A stretch of DNA of 60,240 nt, filler included, from Dugesia japonica (lineage: Eukaryota): the NCBI GenBank assembly GCA_001938525.1. It is 5 parts of 5 records of this genome, joined end to end, with 100 filler letters (N's around TTAATTAATTAA, not from the genome) between each part and the next. Parts side by side here need not be neighbours in the genome. Positions count along the whole stretch, not along the records: positions 44,309 to 60,240 come from MQRL01644549.1; 4 more parts are not named here. The stretch is one strand, 5' to 3'. Below are positions 51,411-60,240 of the stretch, in pieces. Positions within the stretch are counted from its first letter, which is position 1, and each line of letters starts with the position of its first letter. Below the pieces are notes generated by a model, which saw only the letters and a program-made list of their open reading frames with translations, had not been told where the DNA came from and did not search any database. Made by a program: the position numbers and the translations under genes.

Positions 51411-53401
51411 TGTGAGTATCGATTCATTAATTTCAAATATCTGAGATTTTTTTAATTTTTATATATAATATTAAAATTGGTTTTTTAAAAATACAAATGA
51501 ATTGAATAAAGTCTATATATTATATTAGACAAAATTATGAAATTATACAAATTATTTTGTAAACTTATGTTAAAAAATAATTGTAAAAAAAAGTATTTCA
51601 AAATTTTAAATTATGTCATAGACAAGTTCGAACCGATCCAATAAAAATTGAAGCGATAAAAAATTTCGGAAGACCTAAATGTTTGAAGAACTTGAAAAGC
51701 TTTTTGGGAATATGCAATTACTATAGACGGTTTATCAATAATTACTCAAAGAAAGCTANNNNNNNNNNNNNNNNNNNNNGAAGTAATAATACAAAACTTG
51801 TGTGGTCGGAAAGTTGTGATAAAGCTTTTAATGAAATGAAAGAGGCATTAACAAAAGCACCGATATTGAGTTTTCCCAATATCAAAAAGATGTTTGTACT
51901 AGATACAGATGCGAGCTTTGATGCCATCGGAGCATTTTTATCGCAAATAGAATGAAGAGGTGTAGAACAAGTTATTGCATATGGGTCACATGCAATGTCA
52001 GTTCATGAAAAGGGATATTGTATAACAAGAAAAGAATTATTGGCTATTTACTATTTTGTAACCATTTTAAACATTATTTGTATGGAAAAAGATTTTTGGT
52101 GAGAACAAAATATGGCACAATATGAGAACAAAATATGGATCTCATCAGAAAAGAAAATTCAAATGGTAAAAGAAATCCATAAAAACAAAAGAAAAAAAAA
52201 TATGGATCCCATCAGAAAAGAAAATTCAAATGGTAAAAGAAATACATAATTTATTGGTGCACGCAGGCAAGGAAAAATTCATAAATTTTTTGAAAAACGA
52301 ATATGATATGGAAGAGTTAAGAGAAACTGTGTCAAAAGTAATTAAAGAATGTACAGCAGGCCAAATTAACAAAGTAACAACAGTTAGAACAAAATAGAAA
52401 AACTATAAAATTAAAGGCTAATGAACCATTTGAAAGTATTTATATTGATATCTGTGGGCCTTTCCAAGAAACTNNNNNNNNNNNNNNNNNNNNNNNNNNN
52501 NNNNNNNNNNNNNNNNNNNNNNNTTAGCAGATACATTTGCTTAACAGCCCTAGTTAAACAAGATGAGTAATCAATAAAGAAAACGATTATGGATAAACGG
52601 ATACCATGATATGGGGCTCCGAATGAGATACATATAGATTGTGAGAGATCTTCGAATCGAAAGCCTTCAAAGAAATGGCAGATTCAATGAATATAACGAT
52701 TTGCTTGTCAAGTCCATATCATCATAATACAAACAGAATAGTAGAACGTCAATTCAGAACGATCAGAGATTACATCAATACAACATTATAAGATAAAAAG
52801 AATAAAAATTGGGCAGAGTTAATACCAGAAATCGAAAATACTTTTGAAAATACTTTTCGAAAAGACTTTGGGCATAAGTCCAGCAAAAGTGATATTCGGC
52901 AGGAAGATACAAAGAGAACAATGGTTCAATAATGGAGAAAAGAAGGAAGAATCTGAAGAATTGACACCAACAAAGAGGCATTTTGTAGTTGGAGACAAGG
53001 TGCTAATCAAGGCAGTAAACAGATCAAAAGACAAAGAAAGATACACAGGTCCTTACGAGGTGATTAAACAGATTCATGAAAGACGATACCTGCTGAGGAG
53101 TTCAAAAGGCACGATGATTGAAAAAAATGTGTAAAAAAATAAAAATATTTTAAAGATGGGGATGTGAGTATCGATTCATGAATTTCAAATATCTGAGATT
53201 TTTTAATTTTATATATAATATTAAAATTAGTTTTTAAAAAATACAAATTAATTGAATAAAGTTTATATATTATATTAGACAAAATTATGAAATTATAAAA
53301 ATAATTTTGTAAAAGTTAGGTTTTAAAAATAATAAAGGTATTTTAAAATTAAAGTCAATATTTATATTATGTTAAATTATAAAATTATAAAAATTATTTG
53401 G
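51411..53401 (+). mobile_element. Internally deleted Gypsy element with two LTR copies
   Basis: Direct repeats starting tgtgagtatcgattca at 51411 and 53163; PPT aaagatgggga before the 3' copy; FLGICNYYRRF, LDTDASFDAIGA, HAG, VERQFRTI, YTGPYEV. Confidence 0.92.
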
Positions 53402-53719
53402 NNNNNNNNNNNNNNNNNNNNNNNNNNNNNNNNNNNNNNNNNNNNNNTTAAAAAATCAACATTTTTGAAAAATATTTTAAGATTTCTCAGATTATTTGTT
53501 TGAAATTTGTGAATTGTTATTTCATATTGTTAATTTAAATAAAAGAGTTGTAATAATCAATAAAAAATTTATGGAAATTTGTGAGACTTTAAATTTAACT
53601 AATAGTGATAACACAGCTTCGATACTATTGTATGATGCGTTTATATCTAATATTGATTGTCAATGTGCTATTGGTAGTGCAAGGACTTCTGGCGTTATGA
53701 AACAGTTCTTTAACACTGC

Positions 53720-55020
53720 CTTTGATAGTTTTGTCTAATTAAATTTGTTATTATATTTTAATATTGACGTTAGATGTTCTGAAATTACTGCATAATCTTT
53801 TATAAATTTTCTGTAGTTTCAAATTTCAAAATTAAAGGAAGACCTGTAATTCCTTTTTACATCTTGTTAATTGTCACTTTCTAATACTTTCGATTTTGTT
53901 TGTATCAGTCTTTAAACCTTTCTTTGTCATGACGTATCTTATATATTATACCTCTTTCTGCAAGAATCTGCCTTTATCTGATGATAACTTTAAACACACT
54001 TCTTTAATACATTCTAAAACCATATGAAGTCTTTCGTTGTGTTCTTCAATTGTTTTCCAAAAAATCAGTACATCGTAAAGGTAAATAACATCAGTACAAT
54101 CGATTCAATTTTCTTTTCTCAACACCATGCTTATTAATCTTTGAAAAGTTGCAGGAACTCCATGCAATCCGATTGGTATTCTAATAAATTCAAATTATCA
54201 CAATCTTACGCTGAAAGCCTTTTTTCTCTATTTTTTCTTATACAGGTAACTGATGATAGCCACTAGAAAGATCTATTATTAAAAATTATGCTGATCCCCT
54301 ATCGCTATTAAAGATCTCTTCATATAATAGTAAAGTAAATATTAGTTTGGCTACCTTTGCATTTAGTGCCCCGTAATTAAAACGCATTCGTAAATCTCCA
54401 TTCATTTTCTTTACCATCGCAATTAAAAAGTTCCATGTTAATGTACTTAGTCGTATAATACCTTCTTTCAATATCACATCTATGATTTTATTTAAATCTT
54501 GTTCTTAGCCTCTGGGAATTATTCTGATCTTAAATCATATTAGTTTATTATTTGTTGCATCAATCTGGTGCTCGATTAAATTTGTTTCTCCGATATCCAT
54601 TTTGTATCAGCTGAACACATCTTCATGTCTTAGAACAATAATCTTAAATCTATTATCTTCATAATCATCACTTAAATCCACTTTAATTGAATTTTCAATA
54701 CGTCCGATAATTTTGTCGACTTTATTTTTCACATATCGCTTTTGTAAAATTATAATTAACTTCATTTCTGTATCTTCTATTGGCATTCTTTCAACATACC
54801 CTAATACTGTTCCAGTGTGCAAAATCTTGTTACAACCTTTGAACATTTACACTTTTATTAACACATTGCCGTTTTCACGTTTTAATAAATAATCCGATAC
54901 CATCCAAATAAATAATCTATCAAATATTCTTTCTTTATCTCCCACAGAAAAAAAAAACGATTCATCGCCGTTTTGTAACTTTCTATTATTTTCATTGAAA
55001 ATTACTCATCTAATAAAATA
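53720..55020 (-). mobile_element. Degenerate Gypsy RT remnant
   Basis: DIGETNLIEHQI, LRMRFNYGALN, DLSSGYHQ, IPIGLHGVPATFQR, YLYDVLIF. Confidence 0.85.
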
Positions 55021-55469
55021 ATCTCCAATATCACTAGTTAGATAATAGCGCATTGGGTCACCTTTCTCTCACTGGAAAAGTGAGCTAGTAATTCGAAATT
55101 TTTATTTTAGTAAGAAATTTTTAAAAAATCTTTCGGTGCAAAATTTTTTAAATTGGTTCGATAATTTTTACAAATATTTTAAATTTTTGAAAAAACAGAG
55201 TACTTTTATTCTGTTCGATGGAATTTAGTACTTATGCACGTAGAATGTACATGTGTTTTTTATGCTATTTTCAATTAATTGTGTCGAATATGTTAATCAA
55301 TATTCATAAAACACTTTTAGCACTCAACCACAATCTTGTTTTATTGATTTTCACTTTTTTCAATCGAAAAAGTTGCTTACGAGATGGACCATAATTATGC
55401 CTATGCATTGTCAATAAATCTTTTGGCATAAAGTGCATTTTTCTCGATATAAAAGGTAGTAAGTGCACT

Positions 55470-56470
55470 ATCTCAGCTGATGAGTTATCGCATATTTCAA
55501 AAATATTGTTTCAGCTATTCCATTTATAGTCCGATTATGACAAACTTGGTATCNCTGGATACACAATTAGATGACATCCATTACTATAAAATGTTAAAGT
55601 CACAAAATGAATATCAATATTTGACAAAAAGTAATTTTACGAAAAACATTACGATTATTAATTAAACTTTTAAAACTAGCTAATCAGATGATCTTGTAAA
55701 AAAAAATTGTATGTTATTATTGTTATATAGTTATATTGCTATTATTATATAGAATAAATATTTTTAAATTGTACAAAATGTTTAATACTAATGCCACGCG
55801 CATGCTATACGCATGCAATGCACAGGCTACACTCTTGCTATACACACATAATGCTAATTTAAAAATAAAAGAATTAAATTTACCTAATTTAAACAAAATA
55901 AATCGATATTAGTACTTTAAAGAAAGTATAAGTAGTTTTTAATTCTCTATCGGTTTTTATAAAAAATGCATTGCTGTAATTGAAAAATTTCTTTTTATCC
56001 ATTTTCTGATAATTATGTTTTAATATCATTACGTATCCAACGATACCTTACTTGACTCAATCGGACCATAATTACAAATATTAGAATAATTCTTTCATAA
56101 AATTTATGGTAAAAAAGTTAATTAAAACAATAAAATTGGTAAAAAAAGAAACCTTTAAATTTTGACATCAAAACAAATGAAATCAATAATAGTCCTTTAA
56201 GTAATGTCTAGATAGTGTTTAATTCTCTATCAAATGGTATTAAAAACTCTAAAACTTTAATGAAAAAATTTTACTGTTGACCATTGTTAAAAATATTTTA
56301 AACAGTTTTTGTCAAATATTGATTCAAGTATTGATTTTGTTACTTTTAAAATATTATATTAATATGTATTGTCTAAATATGTATTCAACAATACCAAGTT
56401 TGTCACAATTTGGACGATAAAGTGAAGAATTGGAACAACTATTTCGCAAATGCTCGGTAACTCATCAGCT
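55470..56470. repeat. Imperfect long inverted repeat (fold-back / nonautonomous DNA transposon)
   Basis: cagctgatgagttatcg...tgacaaacttggtat (about 55474-55551) is the reverse complement of ataccaagtttgtcac...ggtaactcatcagct (about 56391-56470). Confidence 0.7.
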
Positions 56471-56499
56471 AAGTTCTTTAGACAATACTTCTGCTTTCA

Positions 56500-57500
56500 T
56501 CACAAAACAATTAATCTCCATTGTATCTCTTTTGAATATTAGCAGATTTTTTAAATCTTTCAAAATCTCTTTTTCTTTATGAAAGTTATGCATTGGTCTG
56601 CTAAATTTTTGCATGGTCTTGATGTATTTTTTATATATTTTTCGTAAAAATTTAATAGGTTTTGTAAAAAGTTGTATAAATTCTTTGTATTAATTTTATG
56701 CAATTTTTACTAAGTTGTTGCATTTCGTACATGTTTTACATTTAATTGATATAAATATTTGTCTTTTTCTTATATGTTGTTGTAACTGTATAAGTTTTAT
56801 TAGAAATTGGTATAATTTGTATTTTCTTTCTTTGAATGAATGAAGAACATTGAATAAATTTGGTTCCTGTATGAAACTATATTGATTTCTTATGTAAAAT
56901 TACAGTGGTTTCTAGTATCTAATTATATTAGCTTCTTGCATGATATAATAATGGTTTCTAATATGAAACTTTTAATATTAAAAGAATGAAAACTATAGAG
57001 TCTATAGTATAGACATTTTGATAAAATATTCCTTCTTTGTATATGTGTGTATATGTTTCTGAATGAAATACATATATGATGATACATACATGCGAATGAG
57101 ATATATGTGTAAGCAAAACAAAGAACATGAGTTATAAATGATAATATTTTTATAATATTTCTTTTTATAATATTTCTGTGAATAATTTGATGAAATAAGC
57201 ACATATTTATAGTTGTGTCACAGTAAACCTATTAAAATTCTTTTGGCATATTACTTATTATACTTTTAATACCGGATGTTTATAGTATGATGGGTTCATA
57301 CTTTATTAATGATATCTTAGGTTTTGCTCCATTTCTATTAATGTAATTGTAATATTTTCCCAAATTTTTCGGTTTGTATTTGTTCATAGGTCTTGAGGAT
57401 TCTGCTTTGTTCAATCAATTTTCAAAAATCATATTAATATTACCATTCTCCATTTTCTAGGTTTCAATATCAAAATTGTCGATATTACTTAATTCAATTT
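56500..57500 (-). mobile_element. Highly decayed Penelope-like RT/GIY-YIG remnant
   Basis: FDIET...ENG, YKPKNLGKYYNY (YRKPTxTG-like), CKTC. Confidence 0.4.
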
Positions 57501-57559
57501 CACTAGCAAATTGTAGTCTCTCAGACAATTAATCGTAATAAGTGATACAACTCTGTATG

Positions 57560-58490
57560 AGATTTCTAACAGCTTAACAATTACAAGTCGGAGAATGATT
57601 GATATTTGGTATCGTTTTTGGCCTTAAATAAACTTTAATTGTATAGTTAGTTTAATGTTGATAGTAACCTACTAATATTTAGCATCATGGTAAAACCATG
57701 ATTACACTATATTAAAAATACTTGAAACCTTAATATAGTATCCACATGGAAGATACTATATGTACCTTTGAGCAATCATAAAAGAGGTTGACTCATACAA
57801 TCACATTTTGTCAGAGAACCTTTCTCCAATCAGGAGCTGACTGTACGGCGGTTGAGTGATACACTGTCATATGTCATTGAAGAATGAGCTGATTAAATGA
57901 CAACACGCAGACACTGCGACAACTTTCAGAGATAAACAGAAAGAGCTTAGGAAAGTAATTTATGTGCAATTCTTGTAATAAAGCGATCTCATTGATTGAT
58001 CACACGAAGTACCATTAGAAGTGGAAAAACTTGAAATTAATTTCATGCAATCGTCATCTAAAAAAACGATTGAATATAATGATCATGTGACATGACCGCT
58101 TTTCAATGATGGATATATGAAACGATAAGATGTTAAAATGAACAGAAGTAGCCAAAATTACCGTCAAATTAATTCGTAACAAAAATAAAGGTATTCACTG
58201 ACAACTGAATATCCTATGTGTAACCATCAAACCGAGCTTTTAAGGATATATACAGCCATATCTCGTACAAAATTTGTTAGATGAATTACAACTTTTTGAA
58301 AAGCAAAAGCAAACAAACGTATTAGATAACAAATACTTTCAAAAACGTATGTACAAGATAAATCATGAAGAAACAGGGAGCATTTGGACATCATTTTATT
58401 TACTCATTAATGGAGCTTGTAATCTGGGATAGTTTCACAACTGAGAGTTTAAGAACTTACTTTTAAAAAATCGAACTAGTAGTTTTCTAG
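57560..58490 (+). mobile_element. Possible Pif1/RecD-like helicase remnant (Helitron-like)
   Basis: IYTAISRTK (YVALSR-like) near 58250; CTAG near 58487; very decayed. Confidence 0.3.
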
Positions 58491-59073
58491 TCGTAAATTA
58501 AATTATTAGATGATTAAGAATTTTTCAAAACACAACTGCTTATATAATTTTTTATCGGAATCTTGTTTTTCGAAAATTTAACTATTCTAATTGGCTTCAC
58601 AATTGAACATCAAAACGTAATAAATAAACTTGGATAAATATTATAGTTATAATACGAAGTAAAATTTAACAGAGATTATTAACTACTGTAATATCAAAAT
58701 CAATATAAGAATCGTGAAAAATAATATGAGAATTTGCAATTTTACAATATTAAAGCTACAATAAATTTCTTATTAAAAATTATACTAAAACATATATATA
58801 TTTATAATTTAACAATCTTGATGATCAATTTTAAGTTTCCGAATAATTTTGAAGATTAAAAAGTTGTTTTATTAAACATTTTACATCTAATGACAAATTA
58901 TAAATGTTCTAATTTACTATTTACGTAAATTTTTACTATTATAATTTTTATTTACCACTTTAAAAATTTAGTTTCATTTGCCATTAAATTATTGAAAGTA
59001 TCATAAAAATAACAGATTGAGATTAAACCCAATCCAAATTTTTCTTTCAAAAGAAATTTCATTGAAAATAAAT

Positions 59074-59430
59074 TATTATGTCTACAAGCTTGACTTTGCC
59101 GTTTGTATTTATTATAATTTTAGTTAAATACAATTTAATTAATGTAAATTATATTGTTGTTTAAATAATATACAATCTAAGCGCTATCTATAACAATGTA
59201 AGAAATTGTAAACACGTTTTCAAACAATTTAATTTTTGTTGTTTAAGATGACAGAATTTGTTCCTGAAAATCAACATATGCGAGAAGCATTGCTTTTCTT
59301 ATTTCATTTGAAGAAAAATGCTAGTGATGGGCATAAATTAATTTTAGAGGCTTATGTTTGCTTATGGCAAACATGCTTTAGCCGAAAGAACTTGTCGTAA
59401 CTGGTTTATTTACTTCAAGTCCGGTAAATT
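59074..59430 (+). mobile_element. Mariner 5' fragment (Mos1-like)
   Basis: TIR-like tatgtctacaagcttgactttgccgttt; MTEFVPENQHMREALLFLFHLKKNA...HALAERTCRNWF. Confidence 0.85.
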
Positions 59431-60240
59431 ATAAACGCACAATTAGTATCAACAGTTGTATAATCAATAGCATCATTAAGACTCATGATTCAATTAATGA
59501 ATTAATTGAACAATTATCTAATTTATCTTCATTATAATAAGAAAAAAACTATTTTTAAAATGTTTTAAGTGAAATTAATTAAAATTATCAACCAGTAAAA
59601 AGTGGTTAAAATAATTATTTTAGGGAAAACTATTGGTTTATGCTTTGTTTGTTTGAATTTTAGTAAATAAATTGTATCAGAAACTAATAGCATTCTTATT
59701 TAAAATAATTTGTTTTCAGACGATTTTCCTAACAGTTATCATTAAATAAAATACTAAATAAACAAAATTTATATTTCAAATTTCTACCGTATCATGTTAA
59801 TTAAATTAATTAGTATTAATAAGATTGAATCAAAATAAATCAAAAAAAAATAGATGTTTTTAGGAATCCTTAAATATTGTTTATTCCAATTAAATTTAAT
59901 TTTTAAAATAATTATTTAATTGTTTGTTTTAATTCAGATCATGTTTGAAAATTATTTATACAATAAATTGCTTTTTTAAAAATTGAATGTTTGTAAAATT
60001 ATTTAAATATACTTTATAAATTTTGTATATATTATAATTAGTTTATTTAAATTTAGATTTTCCAAGGAGAGGTGTAAATGGTAAATTAAATTTTTATTTA
60101 TCAAAATTATAAATAAGAATATTTTTGATATTATTTAAAAAGATTTAGTTTACATTTTACTAAAAAGAAAATCAAAACTGAAAAATAATACATCAAAGGA
60201 ATAGGAATTATATTGTCTTATTTTACCCATGATTATTTTA

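Noticed and set aside
51092-51436. 114-aa ORF as a real gene
   Set aside because: Runs from an LTR through unknown sequence into a hAT TIR; a chimeric read-through frame.
55474-55500. ctgatgag as a hammerhead core
   Set aside because: No properly placed stem II plus GAAA; part of an inverted-repeat arm.

Overview
Very AT-rich eukaryotic DNA, inferred to be a dugesiid planarian (Schmidtea/Dugesia-like) from the R5-type 28S insertion and the transposon mix. It is not one locus. Four artificial 100-bp linkers (44 N + TTAATTAATTAA + 44 N) join at least five scaffolds: 1-9805, 9906-22595, 22696-33237, 33338-44208 and 44309-60240. Most of the window is decayed transposons: about a dozen Ty3/Gypsy fragments, Polinton/Maverick remnants (capsid, penton, protease, integrase, ATPase, pPolB), two NeSL/R5-type RLE non-LTR retrotransposons, Penelope-like remnants with minimal hammerhead motifs, four mariners (two full-length with TIRs), Helitron and hAT ends, and (AAT)n microsatellites. 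Host sequence is limited to the last exon of a Cys-loop anion channel, a TRAF-like pseudogene and an orphan 28S rDNA fragment. Three observations stand out. (1) A decayed two-repeat TBP-like ORF lies 18 bp upstream of a Gypsy gag on the same strand. (2) The 28S fragment carries an R5-like element at the known R5 site plus a second, unrelated insertion ending in a C2H2-like zinc finger at the peptidyl-transferase centre (A2451 equivalent). (3) A NeSL-like LINE sits between inverted Penelope 3' ends. All calls come from manual motif recognition; no database searches were run, and remnant boundaries are approximate.
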